Below are positions 38,901 to 52,300 of a stretch of 64,000 bases of DNA, one piece after another. The notes under the pieces are model-generated. The model did not search any database and was not told where the DNA came from. It saw only the letters and a list, made by a program, of their open reading frames with translations. The position numbers and the translations under genes were made by a program. The first letter of the stretch is position 1, and each line of letters begins with the position of its first letter. The DNA is from Tubiluchus corallicola (lineage: Eukaryota; Animalia; Priapulida). The stretch lies in assembly GCA_030141605.1 (NCBI GenBank), contig JAQGDQ010000112.1, forward strand, positions 434,001 through 498,000, written 5' to 3'.

Positions 38901-40586
38901 AAAACCTCTGTGCAACTACTGTGATTAAGCCCTTTACCTCAAGCGGTTTGTTTGAACCACTGACAATGCTTCAAGCAGTTTTTAAAAAAAACGTACTTAT
39001 ATAACAGACTAACAGTAACTGTATTTTAATTTTGACTGAGTACTAAAAGCTTGCACTGTTTACAGGTGATAGTAGTTTTAGCTGGAACAAATAATCATGG
39101 ACATAATGCTGAACAGGTTGTAGGCGGTCTAGAAGCAATCGTCAAGTTAATATCAGAGAAACAACCAGAAGCTACTATACTCCTACTGGTAAGTCATTAA
39201 TGTATCTGAATATCTAAAATTATAACTATAAGTTATTTTTATTCTTTTCTCCAGACAGAGTTCGGCCTATTCAGTCACACCTTTTTATGCCGCCATTTTT
39301 GGGACTGTAAAATATGCTGACATTAAGCAAATTTAGCATAATGAGGTGCACTAATTTAAATACAAATTTTTATTTCGGTAACTAGGACCATATAAAATAC
39401 AAATACAGTACTAATATGAATAAACTACAATGTAATATATGCTTGTTTATGCAAATATGGACATTTTGCTTTACCAAAAATTGCTCTGCCATAAGTGAGA
39501 TTGGCATTATAAAGTGAGGAGGAGCATTATAATGAAGTTTGACTGTATTTACAAAGGACAGTCATTTTTCAGTTTTTTAAAGTTTCCGACACAGTTACAT
39601 CTACAAGTTAGTCTAATCACTTGTAAAATTAAAATTAATTAGTGTTCTATGAATTTTTAAAAATTTTGCGGTAGGGTAACTTTTCAGAAACAAAACACAT
39701 TCAGTATAAATGAAACATGGTTTTACCTTTGCAATGGTAATGACATTTTAATTTGCCTACTGTGAATAGTTAAAACTTCAGCTGTAACTGTGAATAAGCT
39801 CTTCTAGCTTGTGTCACATTTGATAATGAAAGCTTCATGCTACACAGACACTGATGAATTTCAAAATGAATGCACTGTTCACTGACAAGGCAGAAAGTTG
39901 TCTGGCAGAAGGATGTGGTGTAAAAAATTTTGCCGACGTTAAGTTTGCAAAAACTTATTTAGAGACACTGTTTTATTTCTTATCTAATGTAGGACAAGTG
40001 TGGACTGATATAATGGTGAGGCACAGTACTGGCACTTTATGTATACAAATTCTTTAAGCAGTAATAACAATAATAATAATAATTCGCAAAACTAATAAAA
40101 TGTGGGCAAATTCTAATCGTGTCACTGATTAGATTAGATTAGATAAAGTGCATATGTAATGGAGTAGACCATAGTTCAAATTGTTGCAAGCCAGACAATG
40201 TCATTTCTGCAAATTAGATAAATTATTTCACTCGTTAGCTTGTACCAGGCAGCTTGCTTGGGGTTCATTTGTTACATATAAGCAAATATTTATCTCTTTT
40301 GTAGACCATTCCACCCCGAGGGCTCAAACCTAACCCGCTGCGAGAAAAGATTGCTAAAATCAACAAAGAGTTACCTCACATCGTCGCCTCCATTCCACGG
40401 TGTCAACTAGTCGACATCGGCGATCGGTTCATCCAGTCGGACGGCACGATCAATCATCACGACATGTACGATTACCTGCACTTCACAAAGCTGGGCTATT
40501 GGAAGGCATTCGAACCAGTGTATGACTTACTGGAACAAATACTTGTAGATGATAATGCCGAGGATGAAACATCTCCAACTGACTGA
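35956..40586 (+). CDS. PAFAH1B2: Platelet-activating factor acetylhydrolase IB catalytic alpha subunit (PAFAH1B2/B3 co-ortholog), 5 coding exons
   Basis: Exons 35956-36024, 37083-37172, 37652-37771, 39066-39188, 40305-40586. MSNPAAVPTPVEDVQGDRRWMNLHDRYV..KEADVVFIGDSL, VLWRLHNGEL, GTNNHGH, PRG.KPNPLREK and SDGTINHHDMYDYLH; the Ser-Asp-His triad is intact. Confidence 0.95.
36060..36537. mobile_element. hAT-like MITE in the first PAFAH1B coding intron
   Basis: TIRs TAGTGCTGGGCGATT and AATCACCCATCACTA; subterminal GATTAATC motifs; 8-bp flanks ATCTTAAG and ATGTTGAG (6/8 match). Confidence 0.75.
36760..36903. mobile_element. Small fold-back element with a telomere-like core
   Basis: AAGTTTACAATTCCCTACACA and TGTGTGGGCAATTGTAAACTT inverted ends enclose degenerate GGTTAG/TTAGGG units. 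Confidence 0.6.
38060..38125 (+). mobile_element. Degenerate tRNA-derived SINE head
   Basis: A-box-like TGGCCGAGT at 38065-38073 and B-box-like GTTCGAATC at 38106-38114 at tRNA-like spacing; no proper cloverleaf. Confidence 0.4.
39270..39547. mobile_element. Degenerate pogo-like MITE
   Basis: The right end (reverse complement TACAGTCAAACTTCATTATAATGCTCC) loosely matches the left TTCAGTCACACCTTTTTATGCCGCC. Confidence 0.35.
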
Positions 40587-43399
40587 GTAATGTACATGAT
40601 AAGCAAGTCTTATTTGATTAGTTTAATGCTTGCATGTCAGTGTGCAAACCGTAAAGTGAAGCTTCTAAGAATTATGGAACCAGATTATGGTTAACGATTG
40701 TTTAAATTTAGCTTCCACGTGGAACCCAGATATTGTTATCTAAAGCATAACGAACTATAGTTGCTCAAGCATATACTCATCTCTGCATGCGGCTTGGGGA
40801 GCTGAAATCACGCAAACTGTGCAAAAAGAATTATCCCTTTCTAGATGAAACTATGCTTTTGTCTAAGTCGCTAGATTTCTTCATACATTTTAAATGATAT
40901 AGAGATAAAAAATAGATTTTCTATGGCTAAATGATATTGTATTATTAACTGATAGTTTAGAAGATACGTCCATTGTGTTTATTGGATTTCAACAATGTTT
41001 GAATGTACACGGGAAACATTTTAGACAAATAGCTTTCAGAATATGAATGCTCTAAATGTCTGCGAGGTTAAATTTTCGCATCTTGAGATGAGAAATTGTG
41101 TTTTTTTGGGAGAATCAAGACAAGGTGAGAAACTGACAAATATAAGTGCAACAATTAGAATAAATTCTGAAATGAAAAATTATATATTAAACACAAAGTA
41201 TTTGAAGATTCTCAATGGTTTAAAGTAATTCCAGGCATTGTTGTCATTATTTGTTGTACATATCTATAGATTTCATTATGTATTTTACAATTTTTTTATT
41301 TTTTGTGATGAGATCGACATTTTGATACGTTTTTATTTACCTAGTGCGCTAAAAATTCTCAATATATTGCTAGGTTACTACTTTGAGTTTTTCGTAGTTA
41401 AGATTAGTTCTGCAGTAAGTAATCATGGACTATAATCATTCCGCAGCTTGAATCATTATTATCATGGATAAATAACACTTTCTTTCTTTGGGAGTGAAAC
41501 CAAATGTATTGTTGACATTTCATCAACATCCACAGAGGAGCCGATAAATCACAGACAATACAATAAGAGCTGCAAACATCATCTTAAATGAATGATTACT
41601 CAGAGCTGTGTTCTCTTCTTACAACGTCATCGTCAAAAGCTTATTACGTGTGTTGTCCACATCTGGCTGGCAAAATTCTCATATTACACTATATAAAGAG
41701 ATTTGCGTTCAAGACAGCTAAGCTCGGCAGTTAATCCAGGGTGCCATTGGCTTGTCAGCACCACTTCCATAATCCTTGGCTTCTCCATCTTTGAAAGTGG
41801 AAATCTTTAAAACCTAGCCTTGGCATAGACACTCACACAGACCAGTATTTTAGAACACAGATTTCACCCATTCTGGACTTCACAAAAATTCCTCGTTTTT
41901 AGATTTTTCTTGATTCCAGAAAACTTGGCTTTCTTTGATTTTTTTTAACAAGCGCTACAGTGTTTAGTACTTAATTAGAAGATAATCGTGCATTATTTAA
42001 CGTCATATTGTAAGCTCAACCTTGTCTTCTGTATATAATTTTTGCAACTGCACTTATGAATATGCACACAAACGTATTCGTACTTTGGTAGATGGTGATT
42101 CATTGCAATATATATGTGCATTTAAATCAATGTTTAACTAAATTATAATGATTATAATTGTGGTGTAACAATGACGTAAAGTTGTTTTAAAAATTTCCTA
42201 TGTATGTCTCTAGTATTATATGAATACGTGTTAAAAGCTGATTTTATCAATGTAAGTTCAATATTACATTAAAATAATACTAAAAAAATATCCCTTAAAT
42301 AATGCAGTTTAGCTAGCAAAATACCGATCGTTTTAAGCTGGTATATCACTGTCCTTGTGCTAGACAGATTGATAGTTTGAACAGATGGTGGATAATCCTT
42401 GAACGTTAGACTTTTCAAATGTTTCCTGTAAACGTGCACATCATAATAAATGTAAGTATGAACGCAATAAGGTATGTTTTGCTTTTGTTTTTGTATGCTA
42501 AAATATAAGGTAAGATAACGATAACTTAGCTGAGTTCCTGTGCGACTGAAAAAAAGATGCTAATTTATACATCTAGAATTTGTAAATATCTTCTTCCCAT
42601 CGATTATTAATTTCTGATACTGATAAAAGTCCGTCTCTCTACCAGGTACTAGTAGTGGTAGCATAGTTATAGTAGTAGAGTGGCAGCAGCAGCAGTAGTA
42701 GTATATTCTTTACATTGGAACAGAACAGAAAACCAATAACAGTCATTCTACTTTGAAAGTTTACTGTATTTTGGCACATCATTTTGCAGAGAACTGTAAT
42801 GGTAAAACAACAAATTTGGCACAGAAATTTGGCAAATTCAGAAATTCACTGTTATGCCCATTGGCTTGGTGTAAAGCACAGGCAGAGTACAAACGTAAAC
42901 TGTAAATAAATGCATGTTATAAGTAATAGTCCTAATTTATTGTGCTAATCTATGGAGAATGCTCTTAAAATTTGGCAGAGAAGTACCCTAGGCATGTGTA
43001 CTAATCACACAAATACTTTGTTGGACAGAAAGTTAGATGTAAAACTTATTACATTATTTCAAAAATGTAATAAACTTCACAATTTGTTTCTGTTTGAAAA
43101 AAGTACTTCTTACGATTACTTAAATCCTACTGCAGGTGGCACCACAGAGTCATAGTATTATTTTCAATTTAACTGTGCAAACACATTGCATTTGCTATAA
43201 CTATTTGCTGAGCTAAAATAGATAGACAAAAATGCAAATGTAACATTAAGTGTAAAACATAGTAAATACAATAAACAAATACATAAACAACTAAATAAAT
43301 ATAAATAATCATCAGTAAGAGAAGGAGCTGTAAGCAAGATACTCATTCATTGCATATTCAAGTTGTAGAATGTCAGAAATTGTAATTATGCTCAAGGAT

Positions 43400-46300
43400 T
43401 TATTCAGCGTCATCACCTGGTTCTTGTGATGGCATCTCCACATCATCTAGTTCCTGGTTTAATTGTAAATGAAACGATTCTTTATCCATCATGTCAGCCG
43501 CTGCGCTGTCTTGAATTTCTTTCTCATGTATCAGTTCATATTCCTTGTTGTCTTCTTCTTCAAACTCTTGTTCTAAATCCAGGATGGATGCAATTGCTTT
43601 TTCACGGTCTGTTGATCCGGCAACCGAATTGCCACCATCTTCAGTGTCTTTTTCCGATGGCAGCAAAGATTGTTCACTGTTGGTTAAGTCAAAGATGGCC
43701 TGTCGAGCTCCAATTAAGTGTTTACGCTTGAATGATTTGACTGTAAATAAACACTTGTGTTATACCATTCGTTTACGAGCATTTTGTAGGCAAAACTGTT
43801 AAGCAAAATTGGAAATATGAAAGTAATGTTTATTTTTTAAACACCAGTGGACTGTACATGAAAAGTTAACAAGCATCTAAGAGATATGCCAGTATTTAAA
43901 TGTGAAACGTTTATAGGACCAAGTTCACCATAATTACGCATATGACATCAGCTTGAAATGATTAGCAAAAGCCATTTTAGCAATATATGTGCAGGTATTG
44001 CTTTCTTTCTATGAAAATGTCTCTTGGTTAATTGGGCCAAAACACTTCTAACCCAAAGTGAGTCTATGAAGCGGTGGCCTACTGTATCATAAATCCCGAA
44101 CCTTACATCATTTTTATTCTGTAGCTTCTCTCACCTAATGAGGAAAACGAAAGCATGTAAACAAACAAACAACATTTGCAACTACGAAGTTAAGACAAAA
44201 AATAACTTTGTGAGATTTGGTAAGTCAATGCCGGATGACTTGAATGGAACAGTACGAAGTTTCACATTATGAATAAAGACAGTTCACGGTAGTCATTAAA
44301 ATATCGGTCTCACATCACATTAATTTTTTACGGAACTATCATTACGTTTTAAATTTTAACTCTGTGTATGTTACATACAACTGACTAAAGCTTCATTATT
44401 TCTTTTGTTTTTACGTGCTCGAAGATGACATTCTTTAAAGGTGAATTACGGATACTTTACCTTTATCTCTTTCTACTTTCTTATGGATTTCTAGCAGAAG
44501 AAAGCTATGAACCAACTCTGCAATCAACTCTTCTGTTTCTAAATCCGTCAAACTGTGAACAAATAAAAATCAGTTAAAACATGCCACAAATTAATACAGC
44601 ACAGTTTTGTCAATTATTATTGTAGCCTATGGAAGGTAAAACTAATGATTATATAATTCTTTCAGACAGCAGTCACATTAAAAATTATCAAGGTGTAACT
44701 ACTAGTATAGCTTTACTAGAGTGTATATAATAATAACAATAATAATAATAATTTATTATTTGTATAGCACATCACATCAAGTGATTTTGATGCATTTTAC
44801 AATTAAAAAGTCTGCTATAACTTACAATTACATATACTGTCATTATAAAATTATTCATTCTAAAACTGCAAAATCATACTAATTGTAGATAGTGTTATAA
44901 GATAGATTCTAAAAGCAATCGCAGAATTGTATCAACATACTCTACTCTGATGTACAGATATTGCTGTGATCCACAATGCTGCCTAAACTGGTGTGTATAC
45001 ATTCAATCTGTCGAGCATCTTGGTGGAGAACTTTAACTTGCTACTTGATTAGCAAATTACAAAAGTAAGCAGTATGAGTATAAATCACAAGTTTAAATGG
45101 CCGGTGTGTAAATTCACTAAAGCTGTAACATTTAAATGATCCCGATAGCTTAGCTCCCACGAAAACCATGTATTTTTTTGCATCAGTATAATTAAAATGT
45201 CCTAGGCAGTAGTGGCATTTAAAACAGCTTTAGTAGAACAACATACTATCTGCAGCAACTTACATTAGTTACATACCCACTATTTAGCAGATTATACTAA
45301 ACCAGGTTGTGTTACAAACCAGGTTGCGTTACTTACGTTCTACATGCCTCGTAAGCAGTGTTGTTAATCTTCTCAGCAAGCTTTATACTTCCTTTCTTGC
45401 TTTCATTAGTAAGCTGTGTTACTTGCGTTTGTTACTTAAGTTGTAAACTAGGTTGTGTTACTTACGTTCCATGTGCCTCATAAGCAGCATTGTTAATCTT
45501 CTGAGCAAGCTCATATGCTTCCTCTCTTGCTTGTTTATCGGCCGTGTGATCAACGGCATCCAAAATTATGTCTTCCAGGTATGTTTCTACCGTGTTCTGA
45601 TGCACCTGTAGTTATCGACAAGCATTTCTTTAGTAATTCACCTCGTTTGTTGACGTACAAGCTTAAGACAAGGTTTCATGGGGCGGCGACTTATTTGTGA
45701 CAATTGAAAATTTTCGAAAAATTCGAAAGACTGTGTTTTGTCACAAATTATTCCTGCGAAGTATGCACGATGTTCGCCACATTTTTGTAAATTTCGGGCT
45801 TTTTTGAGTGAAAATCGTGAGAATGTCACACAAAATTTGCACGACATGTTTGTGCACATTTGGCGACTTTTGCGACACTTATGCAACAAGGCGAAAATTG
45901 CATGACATTCGTGTAAGTATATAACGATCATTTTACGACAATTTCACAGAATTTTCGGACAACAGAGGTTTACAGAAATAGTTGCAAAGTCATCAAAACA
46001 TCGCAAATTGTTCCCCACGTTTTTATGGATTCTGAAATTTTTGCTACAGTTGGCTACAAATTTCTGATTGCCGAGAAATTGCCGATTGTTTGGCGAAAAT
46101 TTAAAAATTTTTCTAAAGCCAGCAAAAACGGCAAACACCACTAATGTTTTGTGACAGTTTGGCGAACTTTTGAAGTATATCTGGAAACTGTTTTACGTGG
46201 AAATTTTCAGATGGTCACCGAAGTCGAGAAAGCCTGGCTTTACGAAATGCTATGATATGTAATCTCACCATTTAAGTGACAACTGATTTTCTACAAGATC

Positions 46301-49300
46301 AGTTATTTTCAAATTAATAAAGCTCTTAATATAATAAAGTGTTAAGTGTGTCAGCAATATGAAACGATTTACTATTACAGCATCATATAATTGCACATTT
46401 GCATTTTATCCCCATTTAGCTGTGTCTTGTTTTTACACAACCACATTAATTTTGCTATAACTGACAGCACACATGTATGCTAAATATATTTACTGATAAA
46501 TCACCTAAAATGAAACTGTGCACATTATATGCCTGCAGCTACTCAACAAGCTTTAAATGTCTTTGCCGTATTCATCATCCAGCATTTAGCAATTAAATAA
46601 ACAACATACTAAGTAAACTAACTTTTCTTTTTGTCCGAAAAAGTGATATAGCTATGCTGGCAAAATAAGTGTGAAACAGCAAATGTACAGCACCTGCAGT
46701 TACAGTACTTGATCAATAAATTTAACAAATGTTGTACCGTCTATGCATTTCTGTGCAACATGAATGAATAGTCTGTGACACACAATCATTCTAATGTGGC
46801 CACCTTTAGCGGATACTGTAGATACTGAATTCTATGACACATTTTTTGGTACAAAACATGATGACGTGCCTGTATAACCTGTCTGTACATTTCATCAAGT
46901 TCACGTCTTCTTCGTATCTCTACTTGTCTTTTACCCGATTCTTCAGCTTCCCTGATTCTTCGTTCCCTAGATGCAAAGCAACACAAATTGGTAACCATTA
47001 GCAGAGAACCAAAGCATGCAAAACTCTACTGCAATAGTTGTACAACATTTGGAATAGTAACTATAAGCTTTATCAATAACAATTTTGCAAATTGCATTGT
47101 TCTCATAAAACAAAACAGAAAAAACTCACAAAACGTTAATCAGCTTAGCTTTCTCTAAACCACTTAACCAAAAGTGATAAATGTAAATATATCTATGAGG
47201 ATATACCATGCTATGTATACCTATGTATTATCTATATATATATATATACCTCACTGATTTACATTTTTAGTAGACTACCCTGACTTTAAGAAAGCTGATT
47301 TACTGTAAAACGGAAAATTAATGGGTATGAATTTAGCAAGAGGCCTCATGCACCATTTCCAGATTCATAAATTGCACTAGTAATAAAGTCACTTACTGGT
47401 CCATTTCATTAACATGTCGGGTTATACTAGCTGTGCCAGCACATGTTAGTAGTGATCGACCAAACGAAAGGCACTGCCAGTTTTTATTGTTTCTTACTCC
47501 TTAGGCCCTATTTACATAACGTTGTTTTGAACCGTTTTGAACTACAGAATTACTTTGTTCACAGTTAGATCATTTATTTGCTCAGCCGTAATCAAGACTT
47601 ACCTACCAAATTTCTACACAATTGGATAAATACTGTTGAAGTTGCAAAAAGTGTGATGAACAAAGTGATTGACTGGATTTTTTTAGGACCCAAGTTGACG
47701 CTTGGCGATTACGTAGAATAGACATTGCATAATTCAGAATTATGAATTGCAGAAATTAAGTAGTAATAAACACCTTTTTCCAGTTTCCTGAAAAGAAGAT
47801 GTTTATGAGCGTTAGGAGAACCGCCCTGGTAACGGCAGTAACAATGGCATCAAGAAGCTCACATACCGTTCTGCTTCAGACGCTAGTCCATATATACGTC
47901 TCTCCTCCTGGCATCGTACTAACTCCTTACCAAGGTAGTCCACCATGTGAGATAGAGAAGCACCCTCTAGCTTACTCAGTATTTCATCAACTCTGTATTC
48001 CTATGTAGAAAACAGTAAAAACTTGTTATAACTAAATTTTGTAGGAAATGGCAACCAGGATACAGCCTGCAATAGCTGATAACAAAAACGTTAAAATATT
48101 CTAATTCACTTCCCTGCTTGCACATGCTTGCATTGTCATAGTGCAATGCATTCAAACGATAATAGAATCAACTTACCTTGCAAGCCTCTAACAAAATCAT
48201 CTTTACCATCAGAATCACTCATTATCATCTTCATTCCCACCACTATCATCATCACCATCATTGTCATAATTATCATGCCACCACTACGTTTACCATCAAT
48301 ATCATCTTCATCCTGCACCATCACCACCTTCTTCAACATCAATATCATCATCATCACCACCACCATCATCATTAGCACTGCTACATTTATCATCATCAAC
48401 ATTATCATCATCAACATCATCATCATCAATCACCATTGTCATCACCATCAGTATTACTAGCTATCTAGCTTTTCAATTATAAACAAACATTTATCAAATC
48501 GGTCACCTTCTGTTCCAAAAGCTTGCGATGACGCTGTAGAGCCAGCATACTCTGTCTTTCTCGTTTAATAATCTCTTGCTCCGAGCTCTGCAATGCATGA
48601 GTGCTGCGTAGTTCTTCCATTAGGTCCTCTCTCTTCTGCATCGTCTTGTACATCTTTAATACAAGACAGACATGAATAGAATAAGTAAAAAGCTTCTATA
48701 TTCCAGAATAATTTGCTTAATAGGTGAGACGCTAGTGTTATGCTGACGTTAACATCTATAGTAACTACATTAATTTTTATTAATACTGTTTGTTTTTCTA
48801 TTTGCCTATTGAAAATGTTGATTTCAGTTAACTATCTCAATCCTGATTTATTATTAAAGGAATCGGACTGCAAAATAGTTTATCAGCAACATAAACTGGG
48901 CTATGAGTCTATGTTCCATTTCACATAAAAGGCACAGTTGATGTTTCAAACTAGCGAGTATGGCAACATTATGATTATGCTAAACCAATTAGTCAACTAC
49001 ATGCTGCGGTTTCTTGGGCCGAATAATAAAGTTTCAATCTATAATTGACTTTATCCACTTACAGTATCTATTTATCGATTTTAAACAAAAGTTTCCAAAA
49101 AATAATAGTCTATGATACACTCCAGACCAAAAGGAACATAATTTAGATACAGATGCATTTTAAGCACCAATAACAAAATGAATATTGTTTACTGATTTGG
49201 TGTTTACTAAAACTAGTGTTTATTCATTACAACACACTTACAGCAGTCTGTACTGCACATCCTCGTATGATCTTCTGCAATGTAATAATAGCTAACTCCT

Positions 49301-52300
49301 TATTCTCATCACACACTGGACCTTGTACCGTGGGTGTCGGTGGCCGTGGTACAGGCTTCTCGATCTTTTCCAGAAATCTTGGAGGTGGCTTTGGTGGGGT
49401 GGGCTCTTGTTGTTCCTGAAAAATAAGACATTTAGAAGAGCATTAGATGACATGAGCAGACAAACACATACTGCCTACAACACTACAGTTGAGTCTAATA
49501 ACACAACCATTTCTAATGATGGAACAAACTTACAATTGTTGAATTTTGAAACCAATCTTGCTCAAATAATTAATATTAACCATGAAATCAAGATTACAAA
49601 TATTTAGCAATAATTTCTAATTATCTGGTCTGCTTTTGTGAAGGTTTACAAAATCAGAAGGTTTTCTGAAGGATAATCCTAATACCTGTCAATTAATCCA
49701 GGATTTACAGCAGGCCTAAGTATTCGGAATTTGTTAGATAATGATTATGATAAAATTTGATGCATCTGTTTATAATCAAGGCAAATAATGCTTCTCTTTT
49801 CGAAGCACCAAGAAACACGAGTTTAGCACTTTGGTTTTTACGATTTTCATTGTTACCAAGCCGGTCAAGAAAAATGCTTGGTCTTTGTTATTAACCTCTT
49901 AAAAAGAGCTCAAACCTTAAAAATGGTTTAAAAAGTTAAGAAACAATGTCCAACAAAAGTTTTGTCATCAAACAAACAGATCTGTGCTAAAGAAGCAACA
50001 TGCAAAGTTATCTACAGAAATTGTATACCTTCTTTATTGCCTCATACACCTGCTTTAGCAAGTTTTCTTTCCTAAGTTCCTTTTTCCGCGAACCTACAAG
50101 TTCAACTTCTCGTGATTTGGGTGCTTTTATTTTTGGCAAAAGTGCAGATTTTGCAGAAGTCTCTTCTAATTCGCATAAACCTACAAGACAGGCACATAAA
50201 AAATTTCACTTGATATTAAAGTGTAAAACTGCATCAAAACATATCCACGCAACTACTACAATCACAAGCATCTTCAGTTTGTAATGTTTATTAAGATTTA
50301 AAATCTTTTACTGGTGGCTGGTAATAAGGCCACGGGAAAAAAGTGACAGAAAAAGTCACAATTTTGGTTAGGAAAAAAAATCACAATTATTTAGGGTAGG
50401 ATTAGGGTTAGTACTTTTTCCCCACGCTTTTTTTCTGAGTTATTCCTGTGAGTTTTTTCTATGACTTTTTACCTGTAACTTTTTTTACCTAAATTCGTAT
50501 TACCATGTCTTCAACAGCTTCTTAAATTCTTCCTAACAAAGGATGCCATGTGTTGAGAGTCAAGCATACTGGATAAAACTTACACGTACAATAAAAAAGT
50601 TTGACTGCACAACAACATGCTGTACACTTAACTCACAATGCTTACTGCTCACTCTTTCCACAAGCACATGGTGAGCAGCACTCTCTTGGGGTCGCACTAG
50701 TAACAGCCTATAAGTTTTTCATTGCTCCTAGTATTCTGAACTGCATAATATCTATTTTTCTAATTGTAAGTTACCGTATCCCTATTTTACACAATTTTTT
50801 CAATCTCAAGTTGAAATCCTCAAACCTTGATGTTATTTGCAAATATTTGATAATTACAATGTAGCCACCATTTTTCCATAAAAACTGAAATTCGGGCTCT
50901 GTTACACGTACACTATTAGCATCTAAAACTGCATTCATTTTCACGAAGAAATGGCTGCAGTGCTAGCATTTCAAAATTTTTGGGGATTACTCCCAAAAAG
51001 GGAAAAACAATAAAAACTCTCTGTTACAGTGTTGGTAGTTCCCCTGTGTACATGCCCACCATAAGTGATCATGATTCAAATACTTATTACGAAGCATTTG
51101 CACTTTTTACGAAGCATGTATAACAAGAATAACCACAACAACAACAACAACAACAACAACAATGATTAACTACTTCACACCTTCATAAGAATCCAAGTAT
51201 TTGCTCTGCACTTTATACTTTTCCGATCCGCTATCAGGAAATACTCCACCTAAAATGGGTGGAGCATACACGGATGATCCAGGATCCATGTAATCGCGTA
51301 CAATGTCTCGACGAACAAACTTCCCCTCAACATTTCTCCTCTTTTCCACAAGACGCCTGACAGCTGTAAACGTTAAACATAGGTATTCCAGGTATTCAAC
51401 CACATCTGAGATGATGGGTATGCATAAGAGAGGGGGAAAAAGTGAACTTCTAATTCTAAGCTTTAACGTTGAATGACCTCTAGCATTTTCTGGACAGTTC
51501 ATATAAAAAAAATCAATAAATAGGAAGAAGTGTTACTCAAAATATAATATATAATATTATAAAGTCTATCCCCATACTTACTTTCAACTGTAAATGACCA
51601 TTATGGCATTATGTGCACAATTACCAGTATACAATGTTTATATGCAAGAAGTTATTAGTGCTTGTTGTTAAGCAGAGGATAATCAAATAATTCAAGTTTG
51701 TAACTATTTAAATTTATTCATTATTCATGGCTCACACATAATTTTTATGTTTTTCCTTCCCAACTTTTACATTTTTATTAGTTTTGCTATTATTACACCC
51801 TTCTCAGTTACATTATTAGCTTTACTGTACTATTCTACAGAAGCACATACATATATTAATTATTTTTTCTATTAAGTAAGGAGCATGTGTAATTGACCAA
51901 ATGGTGGTACACTCTCCTAACACTATTTAAATTGTTTTATTTCAAATTTTATTGATGTGTTTGTTATCATATTTAGATGTGTGAAAATAAATTACATAGT
52001 TTCACAATCACCTCTCAGATGTTTTGCCTGCACCTCACGCAAAGTTCTCTCTTTCTTCTCCTGTATCTTCGCCAAACGTTTCTCCAATCTCATTTCAGTT
52101 CTTTCGTCTTTTTTCTTAATTCGCTTTTTCAAGACGCTCTCAAGCCTCGTCAGTTCATCTTCCTGGAATCTGAAATGGAAGCTGGTCAACAGTCGTGCCA
52201 ACTAAATATATTTATACAAACTCATGGATGTATCAACACATTACACAGCAGATTGTCCCAAAATTAACTGATTTCTTAAATAACTTAATGTTTCTAAGAA

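Noticed and set aside
45700-46240. Stretch rich in CGAA/TTCG short palindromes with two ORFs
   Set aside because: It looks like a degraded repeat interior; no termini, TSD or protein motif could be defined.
48128-48460. Met-, His- and Ile-rich ORFs and a perfect AAG|GTAAGT donor near 48177 as a possible extra CFAP91 exon
   Set aside because: The ORFs derive from the (CAT)n tract; there is no pyrimidine-rich acceptor, inclusion would shift the frame, and exons 11 and 12 join in phase without it.
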